Source: a virus (Duplodnaviria; Heunggongvirae; Uroviricota; Caudoviricetes; Demerecviridae). Taken from it: a stretch of DNA of 64,000 nt. Below are positions 21,467 through 32,267 of this stretch, piece after piece. The stretch lies in the IMG/VR virus record IMGVR_UViG_3300016480_000208; one strand, given 5' to 3'. How positions within the stretch are numbered: position 1 is the stretch's first letter; the number at the start of each line of letters is the position of its first letter. The translations under genes were made by a program, and so were the position numbers. Under the pieces are notes generated by a model. The model did not search any database. It saw only the letters and a program-made list of their open reading frames with translations, and was not told where the DNA came from.

Positions 21467-21899
21467 AATTGCTAGGGTCTGCCTGACGTTTCTCCTGCGC
21501 CTCAGGGGTGTTTGACACCTACTCCTAAAGGTACGGAAATCCACTAGGTAAAATTTCAAGATTTATATCAGAAGAACCTGAGATAATTGGCATCAGATTT
21601 AACCCAACAAGTGGGCTAAAACCTTCAATGGTCATCTTGTCAACTAAACCCTTTGTGTTTTTGTGCTCCAGCAATAAATTCTATTGTCTAGCCTACTCAC
21701 AAATAAGGTCGGGGGATACGCAAATATTATCTTCCCGCTACCTCAAGTATGTGAAGTATGGGTTAAATACGGATTGAATAGTGAAGTTGGGAAGTTTAGA
21801 AAGCCCCTACAACCTAACTACTATAGTGGTATCAGTAGGTTTGGCGTATGTTCTCACTACTTCAATCTAGGCACGAAAAGCCTTGTAGTCACTAGACAT
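21467..21899 (-). CDS. Hypothetical protein with ~8 in-frame TAG codons (start uncertain).
   Basis: Manual minus-strand translation is free of TAA and TGA from the ATG (cat at 21897-99) to TGA at 21467-69. Confidence 0.35.
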
Positions 21900-22702
21900 G
21901 AACACAGCTTTTTTGTCTGGAAAAACTGGAGCCGCCAGACAGAGCTTGAAGTCTTTAATAACGTCCCAGCTGTATGGGTCATAACCAAGCTACGCCAATA
22001 GTAGCTAAGTTCTGCTATGAAACTATGGTGCCCCAAATACTTCACGTGTAACTTCGTACCTATCCACATTATCCCAGATAGGGCCGGAGAACAGAATCTA
22101 ACCAGAACCGTCATACTACTCAAAAGGATAGCCTAACTAGGATACCGCCTCTAGTTGCTAAAAGATGTTCCCTACTTGGGGGATTTCTGCCCCAAGTAGG
22201 GTATTACTTTTAAGTAGTGTGCTTAAAGAGACAAGCAACTACTCACTCATTAAACCTCCCGATTGGTCAGCACATCTGCTCTAAGGGCATTAAGGGCGCT
22301 ACTAAAGTCAGGGCCAGCACTGGTATGAATTGTTCCGTACAACTCTAGTACTACTGTGCTGGTGCCAATACAGTAGTATCCAACGTCCCCATCGCCTGCA
22401 TCTGGCAGAGGTACAACTGGGTATTGTGTGCTACCAATTTTGAAAAACTCTGGTGCATCAAGGCGCACACTGTAGTCACGATCACTCATTTGCAGGCTCC
22501 TCTGCTTGCTCTGGTTCATTGATGGTGATGGGCTGCAGGCTAGTCAGAGGCTGGACAATCTGTGTGATAATAGCCTGGGCTCCACGTAGAGAGATACCTT
22601 CAGCTTTCACTACAGCGTCCAGGTTGTCGATAATGTGGTTAATTTGAGTATTGGAAATGGCGAATACCTGGTCTTTTACTTGTTCTGTCATGTTTTGCTA
22701 CC

Positions 22703-23551
22703 TTATACAGCCATTTTAGCTGTTAAACTTTCTTGGGGGAAATAGTTTGTCATTTCGAAATCATCTAGGCCAATCATATGGAAGGCCTCTACACCAAACA
22801 TTTTGAATAGCTCTTTAGCTTTTTTGCTCAGCACCAATTCTGGTCTGTTTTCGGCAGGGGTTCTAGTAAGTTGAGTCTTAACTTGGTCTACTTGGTTTGA
22901 GTAAATGTGAGAGTTCACGGAGATATGAGAGTAGGTACCTGGGGTTAACCCCAGAATCTCACAGAAACATAACAGCAGGGCTCCATAGAATACGTAATTA
23001 AACGGTGCTCCCAGGAACAGGTCATTAGACCTCATAACTACTGTTAAGTTAAGCATCCTCTCAATTCCAATATCCTTAATGTTGAACACTGAGGAGTAGT
23101 GACACGGGGGTAGTGCCATTTGGTCTAGCTCTGCTGGGTTCCACATGCTGATAACAGCCCTACGAGAATACGGGTCTGCTTTTAGCAGCTCTTCTACGTA
23201 TTTTAGCTGGTTAACTCCATTGAAGTCAACTAACTGCTTCCCGTATACAGGCCCCAGCTCGCCATCCGTGTAGCCTAACGCTACAGCTTGGGCGTCATAG
23301 TTAGGAGTCCAGAAGTTGGGTTTGTCAGGGTCTCCATACAAAATCTGGGAAAGCTCCCTGACATTGGTACTACCTCGACACATCCAAATAAGCTCAGCTA
23401 TTGCCCCTTTCCAAAATACCTTCTTGGTAGTAAGACAAGAGAAGCCCCACCACATATCCCAGTTAATTTGGTAGGGTACTACTAGTTGATAAGACCCTAC
23501 ACCTGTCCTATCTTCTACTTGCTCACCATACCGCATAACTTCTTGGAGCAT
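22703..23551 (-). CDS. thyA: Thymidylate synthase.
   Basis: Classic ThyA sequence (SNDLFLGAPFNYVFYGALLL, CHYSSVFN). Confidence 0.85.
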   Translation of the reverse strand: MLQEVMRYGEQVEDRTGVGSYQLVVPYQINWDMWWGFSCLTTKKVFWKGAIAELIWMCRGSTNVRELSQILYGDPDKPNFWTPNYDAQAVALGYTDGELGPVYGKQLVDFNGVNQLKYVEELLKADPYSRRAVISMWNPAELDQMALPPCHYSSVFNIKDIGIERMLNLTVVMRSNDLFLGAPFNYVFYGALLLCFCEILGLTPGTYSHISVNSHIYSNQVDQVKTQLTRTPAENRPELVLSKKAKELFKMFGVEAFHMIGLDDFEMTNYFPQESLTAKMAV

Positions 23552-25843
23552 CGTCAGATACCCTTCCTCACCATGCAGCTACATCAATAAAATTCTCCAC
23601 TTTGAAACTTCGCCAAGCTAATGCCTCTAAATCAAAATACCTGATAACGTCATCTGCTTCTTCGTAGCCACCGCCCTTGGGTTGCCAGAATTCTGAGATT
23701 ATTGCATGGTCAAGAGTAGCATATGCTTCTCGGACTGTGCCATCTTTTTTATAGAAGAAAAATCGAAACTCCCCGTGCTTGGGGAGCTTCTCAAGAATTT
23801 CCTGCTTCATTATTAATAAACCTCACGAAGTCTCTTAGCCCTTGAATTGTGAAGAGCTTGAGTAAGCTGGGCTCGGTAAAGGAGCTACTATCGGCAATAG
23901 CGTCCATATAGGGCTGCTTCTTATTAGCAATAGGCAAAACCCCTGGAGCTGCTGTAACCACAAATTTTTCAGATTTTAGCCACTCTACCACTTCCAGTAG
24001 GTTAGCAAGGTTAGTAGTGTTAGCAAAAGTCTTAGGGCCAATAAACGGGAGTACTTTCTTGATTTCGTCCACTACTGCTGCTTTAGTAGGTTTATTCTTG
24101 AAAGTACCCAACTTGAAGTCAGATACAGAAAGACCTTGCTGCATATAGAATCTGTCACCCATCTTACTCTCCTGCTTCGATGATCTTTTTTAGCTTCTCT
24201 TTACGTTCACGTATAAGTTTTAGCTCTCGCAGAAGCTCCAGCTCTTCATCGCCGATTACGTCTAAGACTTTTTTAGCTTTATCCACACTACCAGTGAAGT
24301 TGCCGTTAATATCCCAGAGACTCATCCCGTACCTCCTTAATGCTTGATTTCAGATGCGGATTCCATCGTTGCAATGCCAACTTCGATATAGTTGTCAACT
24401 GCACGTACCAACCATTCCATCGTGTCTGCCAGGGCATAGGTATGGCATGACCGGTTGATATCTGGTTCCTTGGTATCGTAACCAGCTTCTTCCATCTGGT
24501 TTTTGCGCTCATTTTTGGCGCTCATGTACACTTCGTCAATAGAAGAACGTAGTGCTATCAGAGTATCCAGCTCTGCCTTATCACGGATCAACTTGAAAGT
24601 AATTTCGTCCATACTCTACCTTATCTGGTCGCATTTTTGATACCCAGTCAAACAATGTTGCTCGACTTAGGCGCTTACCCATAGCAGCAGCAGTTAGAAT
24701 GTAAGAACGTACTGGGGTACCGAACTCGTACATTTCTAAAAACTCTTCCTTGGTAAGAGCTTCTGCCTCTTCGGTTAAGCTAGGTTGTGGCCAAGAGCTA
24801 TAGCCGGCTTCTTGTACCTACTCTTGAAACATAGTTTTCGACTTAGCAGGCCATATCAGATGAAGAGCACTGACGCTAATACTACCATCGTTGTTTTTAA
24901 AGAACTGGTCCTGTGCCCAGAACTCCAAACTATTGGGATTTCTGCTAAGTTTCATATTAATTATCCTTCATCATGCGACGCAGGGCATTGGTTGCTCGCT
25001 TTAACTTACGGTTGAGTACAGCGATTTCAGCTTCTTGCTCGATAATACGAGTGCGCTGTTCAGCTTCTTTGGTAGCAAGTTCATTGGTTCGCATACCGTT
25101 CTGGATGTTGCCGTAGTACAGGCGCTCAAGGAATGCTACGGAGCATTTACCAAATTCGGAAGTACCAGCCTTAAACGAGTACATAATTTCCAGAGCCCAT
25201 ACCAGTTCGTCTTTATTGAATACTTTAGTGGTATCAGTCATTAGTTTGCTCCTTTTTAAATACCAAGAGATCTTTGTACTTTTCTTTGAGGGTTTTCAAT
25301 TGCGCTTCCGTTACTCCGGTAAGCACCCGCAAGGGATTTAGGGGCTTGCTTGGTGGAATCATAACTACATAGTTAGCTTCCATTGCCTGCTTCCGATTAC
25401 AGAATACGTCCATTAATCTTCTCCGTTCTCTTCTTCACAGTCTGTACAGGTTTGTTCTGCGCTATTGTTGCTGCGCTCGTCGCTCCAACACCACCAACCA
25501 CAGGTTTCGCACTGAAAGTACTCTAAACGGATAGTTTCGTCAACAACTGCCTGCTCAAATCGCTCATAGAGCGCATCCATACGATTGTCGAACTTAGGTT
25601 GGTTAACACTACCCTCACAAAGGTATTTAGAACATAGTTCCGTTAGCTGTTCTTGGAACACACCACGAAGCTCAAACAAGGCATTACAAGAACCGATTAA
25701 GTATTCAGCCCCTTCGCTAACCAGCTTTTTAAACTCAGTCTCGTAGGCTGTAAGTTCTTTGCTTTGACACATATCAGGTTCTCCTCTCAATTTATGCAAT
25801 AATTATATCAAAAATTTGAGTAGTCGGCTAGCAATATTTTGGA

Positions 25844-25876
25844 ATGAAAAAAGCCTTACCCGCTAAGGTAAGGCTT
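25844..25876 (-). terminator. Rho-independent terminator.
   Basis: agccttacc cgcta ggtaaggct + T-run (minus). Confidence 0.65.
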
Positions 25877-25880
25877 AAAC

Positions 25881-26087
25881 TTATGCTTTCTTGATGAACT
25901 GAACAATCTCTGCTGGGGTACGTAAGACGGTGCCGTCTTCCCTGATAAGAGCAGGAGCACTGCGAATGCCGTACCGCCTAGCAACCTCAATATCAGTTTC
26001 AATATTGAAATCAATATTCTTGCTGACTAGCTCGTTATAAAGTGCTACGCAGGCTTTGCAATTTTCAGTCTTAAACAATGTGATCAT
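25881..26087 (-). CDS. Glutaredoxin / NrdH-like redoxin.
   Basis: 68 aa with a CKAC active-site motif. Confidence 0.55.
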   Translation of the reverse strand: MITLFKTENCKACVALYNELVSKNIDFNIETDIEVARRYGIRSAPALIREDGTVLRTPAEIVQFIKKA

Positions 26088-26089
26088 TT

Positions 26090-26738
26090 CTACCTCTCAA
26101 GTGACCTTCTGGACTACTAAATACGTGAATTAAAATGCTAAACTAACTCTGAACCTTTTAACTGCTGAGTTATTTTTGGGGCCTGTTGCCATAAAACAAG
26201 AATCACCCCAGAATAAACCCCACTTAGGTCATATAGTGGTGCCTAGTAAAAGTATGCCTAGCCAGCAGCTTCAAAGTACTGAGTAGGTACTGGTAGGGGC
26301 TGCTAACTTAGGTCATCAACTACTGAGAAGGCCCCCTATAGGGATTTATCCTGCAAGTGGTTTATATATGCTACAGAGCTTTTGTCGACACTGTAGTTGT
26401 TTAGTTGGTCTATTTTTACTGGCAACACCCCTTCTGAGGCTCTAATAGATATAAAGTTATTAAGGAATTGTGGCTCATATTCCCAAATTATAACCTGGTT
26501 CTAGTTTAGCTAGGTTAGCACACTAATGGCCTCCTAGCGCTACTAGGCAGGGAACTACTTCTCCCTTAGCTGCTCCTGCTTCTACATAACGGTTTCCGTA
26601 CTTAGATTTTTAAATCCTTCCAGAATCTCCGTCTGGTAGGCTACTACCCAGTAACTAAGTACACCAAGCAGAATAGTACCGGCACGAAGAGCTAGAGTTT
26701 TAGGGTCTTTTATATCCTGTAAAAGAAGCTCTATCATA
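26090..26738 (-). CDS. Hypothetical protein, ~216 codons with ~17 in-frame TAG codons. Its TGA stop overlaps the ATG of the downstream redoxin gene.
   Basis: Manual translation; no TAA or TGA in frame for ~650 nt. Confidence 0.45.
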
Positions 26739-26851
26739 GCTAGGATAGAGCTTTTTGGTGGCTGCTACGACACGGTAGTTTTCTCCGTAGGACGAACTCT
26801 CTCAATACTTAGTATATGATATAGCGCCACCAAAGTAAATAAGTTTTTAGG

Positions 26852-26882
26852 ATAAAGACGAAAGCCTCGCAATGCGAGGCTC
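26852..26882 (-). terminator. Rho-independent terminator.
   Basis: agcctcgc aat gcgaggct + T-run (minus). Confidence 0.65.
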
Positions 26883-26887
26883 TTTAT

Positions 26888-27714
26888 TACTCTAGGGATT
26901 GCAGATAATCTAGGGGATTATCATACTCGCCAAACAGGCCATGCCTGGCCATGACGGCATAAATATATTCTGCCTCTTCATCCTCCAGGTCTACAGATAG
27001 AACCATTTCCTTAACGGTATCAATATGCACCAGCTCACAATTTTCATATACCCCAGCTTGTACAAACTGGGTCCACACACCATAAGCCTCTTCCTTAAGA
27101 GCCCCTATAACTGCACGAGCCCACATAGTGGTAAAGATACGATTATTAATATCCTGCTCTTCTGGCAGCCAAATGGTAGCGTTGGTGCTAAAGATTTGAG
27201 AAATTTCTTCCTTGCTCAGGAAAGGCAGTTGATATTCCTCAAACAGCGCATAACACCAATCCAGTGAAGCCTGAACATGCTTTATGGGCTCCTCACCAGA
27301 ACCTACGGAACCCATGGACATGTTATGGGACATGATAATTGTGTTCCGTACTGGGAGAATGACATCACCACACAACATAGTCAGTGTGTGAGCCGAACTG
27401 GCTCGACCATACGCTTCTGTAATTACAACAGCCTGACTGCGCGCAATAGCCGAAGATAGGTGGGATGCTGTGGTTACGTAGCCACCATCACCATTTAATA
27501 CAATAGAGACTGTATCTTGGCTACCAGCAGCGTACAGAGTATCTAGAAGCGGTACCAAAGGTTGATAATCTTCCAGAGCAGAGGGCATGTATGCTCGGTA
27601 GTTAGTGACACCCACACGTTGTGGGTCTTGACTAGCTGTGATAATTACTGACGGAATAGTCTCAGGGCTTACCATGGCATATTGCTGCTGGTCGTTGTTC
27701 AGTTTCTTCATCAC
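26888..27714 (-). CDS. Hypothetical protein (possible serine-peptidase-like fold).
   Basis: 275-aa ORF followed by a hairpin terminator at 26852-26882. Confidence 0.4.
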
Positions 27715-28378
27715 AGGTTATTCTCCACGAAATTAATAATGTTCTCTTTACCAAGAGATTTATCATTTATAAAGGTAAGGTCAAAACTAACCCCGTTTAG
27801 GGAGTTTTCAGAGATATGACTGTCTTTTATGCTTTCTTCCGGGTTTATGATATTTAGCATAACAAAATCCATAGATTTTAGCAGCCTAAACTCGTCTGGG
27901 AACCTAGTGTCATCTACCACAATAGTACACCCCGCATTTTCTATAATAGACTATTGCATCAAATCTACCCAGAAGGTATCTCTGATTCTATGGCGGAAGA
28001 ACTCTGTGCCCACTTTTTGCAGTAGCTCCCTGCCACTTATCGAGTCTACTATAAGTCCTGATTCTTGAGCCCAGCATATAAACTTATTTGTAGTCTAATC
28101 GACTTTAAGAGCTCCAAGTAGTCCCATAAGGGCATACTCTACGCTTTGCCTAGAGATGCCTTTGGTCTTGACGTAGGTGTTATCCTTGTCCCCGTAAAGA
28201 GCTTTGTGCACTACTTCTGGTTCGTTTACCTGTGATAGAATCTCAGTCAGAAAGATTTTCAGAGGCTAAGCAAAGCTTAAAATAACGGGGTCAGTGTTGG
28301 GGTATTTATGCAGGAACTACTTTGCTACGGCACTTTTACCACAACCTTTACTACCAGATAGGCTAATCTTATTTGCCA
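27711..28378 (-). CDS. Deoxynucleoside monophosphate kinase (T4 gp1-like) with 5 in-frame TAG codons.
   Basis: Manual translation MANKISLSGSKGCGKSAVAK*FLHKY... The P-loop aligns to the T4 dNMP kinase N-terminus. The listed ORF 27711..27920 is only the C-terminal part. Confidence 0.55.
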
Positions 28379-28800
28379 TAATAATGGGCTCCAGTCCTTA
28401 AAGTTACTTGCTTCATGTACTTCATCCTATGTTTCCCAAAATAGACCTACCCGTTAGTGGGGTCGTCTACTTCGTCATTTAACACCAAAGAAGCTATACG
28501 CAGTGACTCTTGCCACGCTGCCTTATTCTTTGGTGTTAGATTACTGTAGGAATCTCTTGTCCATGTAAACTAATGTCTTTTATATACAACCTTGGTTAGG
28601 TTATTTGAGAAATCTGGATGGTCGACTCTATTTAATGCTACAAACGCAGTAGCAATCTTGTCTATTTTTGTTGCACCTCTTGCTTCGTAGTATACAACGC
28701 AAGATAGGGCTTTGAGTTCGGAACGTGCATACTTACACGACCCTGCCTAGTTACCTCCAAAGCTGAGCATAAGCCCAAGCACTAAGATTAAATGTTTCAT
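28367..28800 (-). CDS. Secreted cell-wall hydrolase (SleB / Hydrolase_2-like); candidate endolysin with 3 in-frame TAG codons.
   Basis: Manual translation MKHLILVLGLMLSFGGN*AGSC...VVYYEARGATKIDKIA...NRV... Its stop overlaps the dNMP kinase start. Confidence 0.45.
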
Positions 28801-29001
28801 ATTGGATTACCTCCGGTAAAGGTCTACCCTTACTGGAGGCTCATCATCAATATCCCAGCCTAGATGTTTAGTTTTACGAGAATATTTAGTTCTATCTGAA
28901 AACACTGCACATCGGTTATACTTATGGGCATGCTTTGCTACGAAATTTTTCATCAGTTGACTCCTTAAAGGAAAGGCGGGACTAAGCCCGCCTTATTTAA
29001 A

Positions 29002-29472
29002 TTACTTTTGGACACGAGGCTTACGCTGTTTGCGGGACTGGGCCAGGTATTCAACCCATGCTTCTACTGCCAGCGGGTTCAGTGCCAGGCCGGGGCGACC
29101 ATTCTTACCTACAGTTTCTACCAGAATCGGCTCGCGGGAGCCAAAGGTCAGAACGGTGCCTTCCTTAAACTTGGCACTTACAAAGCCAGAACCGTTCTTG
29201 GTGATCGGCTTACCAGTCTTGCGATCCTTTTTACCGGTATCACGAGGCAGGCATTCTACAATGCGAACCACTGCTTTAGGGAAGGAGCCCTTGTTTTTGG
29301 GGGTTTTACGCGCAGGCTTTTCTTTGCCCACAGCTGCTTTAGCCACCGCATCATTCGGATGCTTTTTCAGGTGGCGAGCCAGACGTGCTTCCCGATTCTT
29401 GATGGTTTTTTCACGCTTCGGGTCAGCTTTAGTTACGGTTTGTGCTACTTGGGCAGGTTTCTTCTTAGCCAT
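29002..29472 (-). CDS. Highly basic, Lys/Ala-rich protein (DNA-binding / histone-like candidate).
   Basis: 156-aa ORF with an N-terminal KKKPAQ... region. The long antisense ORFs on the plus strand are artefacts of this gene. Confidence 0.5.
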   Translation of the reverse strand: MAKKKPAQVAQTVTKADPKREKTIKNREARLARHLKKHPNDAVAKAAVGKEKPARKTPKNKGSFPKAVVRIVECLPRDTGKKDRKTGKPITKNGSGFVSAKFKEGTVLTFGSREPILVETVGKNGRPGLALNPLAVEAWVEYLAQSRKQRKPRVQK

Positions 29473-29535
29473 TACATTTTCCTCTTTTTTAGTTTATTTG
29501 ATAATTATACAGAAAGTTAAGGTGAAGATCAACGA

Positions 29536-30009
29536 TTATTTCATTTCATTCAAGGACTTATTGCAAAGTTCATCTGCTCGCTCATTGCCAACATTACCTG
29601 AGTGCCCCGCTACTTTAGCCAGTTGAAGATTGCCAACTTCTTGTCCGACTGAGTGCCACAGTGCCCAGATATTCTTGATAATCTCAAGATTCTTGATGGG
29701 GCCAGGGGTTTTCTTCTGCCAGCCACGAGACTGCCATCCATCCATCCATTGAGTTACCACACTGACACAGAAGGCAGAGTCAGTAAAGATAGTGACGCCA
29801 CCATTCATACGATAACGCTGGGCGTTTTTCTGTACGTGGGCTAAGGCTTCTTTAATAGCTTGAAGCTCCATAGCGTTGTTGGTGTCATTACCGTGGGCTT
29901 TGGTCTTAAAGCCCAGTTCTACTCCATCCTGATATACCACAAAAGCCCAAGAAGCGGGGCCAGGATTACCACGACTAGCTCCATCGGTGTAAATCTCGTA
30001 CATCATCAT
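29536..30009 (-). CDS. rnhA: Ribonuclease H.
   Basis: YTDGASRGNPGPASWAFVV RNase HI motif. Confidence 0.8.
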   Translation of the reverse strand: MMMYEIYTDGASRGNPGPASWAFVVYQDGVELGFKTKAHGNDTNNAMELQAIKEALAHVQKNAQRYRMNGGVTIFTDSAFCVSVVTQWMDGWQSRGWQKKTPGPIKNLEIIKNIWALWHSVGQEVGNLQLAKVAGHSGNVGNERADELCNKSLNEMK

Positions 30010-30345
30010 TCCTCACATTCGCAACATACTTGATAGGTTTCATCCCAACTGGCCATAGTAACACCACAGCATGCACAAGGGGTCACATCCCCCTGAAGAC
30101 GCTTGATAAGCTCTACCAGAGATTCATCAGTATCGTCTGACACAAGGTGGCCGTACCCATCAAATACTTCACCTTTGTAGAATACAGAACCGGTACAACC
30201 CTTCTCCCAGTAAACAATACAGTTAGCAAGACTTTTTGGCAGAGTATCTACATCGCGGTTAAAAATATGAAGTTCCATAATTTCTTCCCTTTCTCAATTT
30301 ATATAAATATTATAGCAAATAATCGGGTTATTAGCTAGTTTTATT

Positions 30346-30861
30346 TTAATCTTTGCTAAGTACGTAGGCCTGACGGAGGTATGGAACTCCCTTAACCACT
30401 TCGTAGCCACCAATATTAAAGTAGAAGCAAGTGGATTTTTGCTCAAAGTCTGATAACTTAGCTACTGTCTCATCCCGCAAGTAGATAAAACTATCCTTAT
30501 GCTCTACATTGCCAATCTCCGAAATCATAATATGGTCTGCGGCTGGAATACAGGAGTCAATCAGCTTGCGGCCACCCAAAACCACTACTTCGGTAAGATC
30601 CATATCTGCTGCTTCCAACATTTCAGCCAGGCGGTTATAATCCTCCACAACAACCAAAGGTTTGAGGCGCTTACGTGCGGCTTCCGGCAAGGTTACGTAG
30701 GTAGAGCGTGAACATGCAAAGATACGACCACTGGCGACTTCGGTCATGTCCATGAAGTGCTTCATATCTTCCTTAATATGCCCCCACGGTAGTTTACCTG
30801 AAGTATCTCCAAAAAGCAGTTTGTTACCAATCTTTGCAGTGGCCATAATAATTGTCAGCAT
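30346..30861 (-). CDS. folA: Dihydrofolate reductase.
   Basis: IG..G.LPW-type DHFR N-terminus. The listed ORF start at 30876 is a TTG; the ATG with RBS gaggag is at 30859-61. Confidence 0.7.
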   Translation of the reverse strand: MLTIIMATAKIGNKLLFGDTSGKLPWGHIKEDMKHFMDMTEVASGRIFACSRSTYVTLPEAARKRLKPLVVVEDYNRLAEMLEAADMDLTEVVVLGGRKLIDSCIPAADHIMISEIGNVEHKDSFIYLRDETVAKLSDFEQKSTCFYFNIGGYEVVKGVPYLRQAYVLSKD

Positions 30862-30870
30862 AAGAAATCT

Positions 30871-30916
30871 CCTCAATTTATGTAAATATTATAGCAAACT
30901 ACTGGGTCTTGGGCAA
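30871..30916 (-). promoter_or_regulatory. One of at least 16 copies of a conserved minus-strand early-promoter / 5'UTR block (TTGCCC-17-TATAAT atttaca taaaTTGAGGAG ATG) directly upstream of genes.
   Basis: Minus strand: -35 ttgccc (30911-16), -10 tataat (30888-93), RBS gaggag. Other copies at ~5944-68, 6757-90, 10345-78, 11795-832, 13633-72, 16950-92, 21028-62, 25770-812, 29480-515, 30280-322, 36165-205, 41435-65, 44465-500, 46585-625 and 47840-80. Confidence 0.6.
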
Positions 30917-30949
30917 GAAAAACCGCCCAACAAAGTGGGCGGTTTAGGG

Positions 30950-32071
30950 TTAAAGCCATTTATTTACGGCGTCTGCCATTTCTTCTTCCGAATCCATTCC
31001 AGCGGAAGCTACTCTATAAGTAAGAATCTGGGTTTCTTGCGGGGCAACTTGCAACTTACTAAGGTCTATGAACTTCTCTACCCAGGGAATTGGGTTAGAC
31101 TTAGGTGTGTTAGCCAATGCTTCTAGCTGAATTCCCAGAGGGGCTAAAGCGTTCTTGGTGACGTAAGAGCTATAGCGTTTTAGGATGTCTGCGCTTAGCC
31201 CAACCAATGTAGTGCCTTCTGGCAATACATAATCAGCCCAGTCATTTTCTATTTCCTTAATCTGAGTAAACAACTCAATTACGTACCCAGAATCTACTAC
31301 TTCAGCGTACTCCTCGGGCCACTCTTCCTTCAGAATTGCTAGAATCGCCAAGTCTGCCTGTGCATGTAAGAACTCGTCTTTGATAATGAGAGTAAGTATA
31401 TTGGCGATACCCGGAAGAATATCTTGGTTTGCCAGCCCAAAGTTACATGCAAAAGAGGTATAGAATAGAACCTACTCAAGAGCGTATAGCGCGAAATATG
31501 CTTTTACAAGCAAGATTCGCAGGCAGTACTCTACTTCTTTTAGCTTCGGAAGGCTGTATGTTTCCTTGTTCTGTAGGTAGCTCAATCCGAGCCCATACAG
31601 TTCATCAAACACCGAGGAAACCTAGCTAACCCTACGAGCCACAAAGGGGTTATTGCGAATCTCGTTCTTGATAGCCTAATCAGCGTCTGGCATTACTGAC
31701 TTGATAATATGAGTGTATGAGCGAGAGTGCAAGCTTTCAAAGTATCCAATCTGGATTAGCAGACCCTCTAGTTCTTCATTAGAGCACAAGGCTAGCAGCA
31801 CCATCCCAGGAATTCGACCAGCAAGGGAATCACCCAATACTTGGAACGCCAAATTCTTAATACACAGCTGCTTGTTCTACTCTGAAAGGGTAGGCCACTG
31901 AGCAATATCCTTGTGAAGGGGTATCTCGGTTTCCAACCAAAACTGGGAACGCTGCTTTAGGGCAAAGTCTTCAAGACTTTTATACTTTACTGTGGTATAG
32001 TCTTGGAGTCCCAACTGCTCCCCAAGGAATAGAAAATCTTTTCCGTCTTTTTCTAGGTTTAGTAGATTCAT
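30950..32071 (-). CDS. nrdB: Ribonucleotide reductase small subunit (class Ia NrdB) with 4 or more in-frame TAG codons.
   Basis: C-terminus SNPIPWV...QVAPQE and the iron-site helix YALE*VLFYTSFACNF align to E. coli NrdB (NALEAIRFYVSFACSF). The ORF track splits it into 30950..31351, 31877..32071 and more. Confidence 0.8.
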
Positions 32072-32267
32072 TTAGTTCTCCAAGTAATTATTTGTAAACG
32101 CCAGAGAAGAAAGGGTACTGAACCATGTCAGCACCCCATTTCTCAAACTGCTCTTTATGTCGTTGATCAATCTCTACGATGTACCCATACTTCCATACAC
32201 CAATCACTTTGGCAATCCAAGAGTACCCAAATACTACCTAGTGAACTTGTCTGCCAATCATGTCTGT

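Noticed and set aside
29008-29626. Two long plus-strand ORFs (170 and 198 aa)
   Set aside because: Antisense shadows of the Lys/Ala-rich basic protein gene on the minus strand (codon bias creates stop-poor antisense frames); low-complexity translations.
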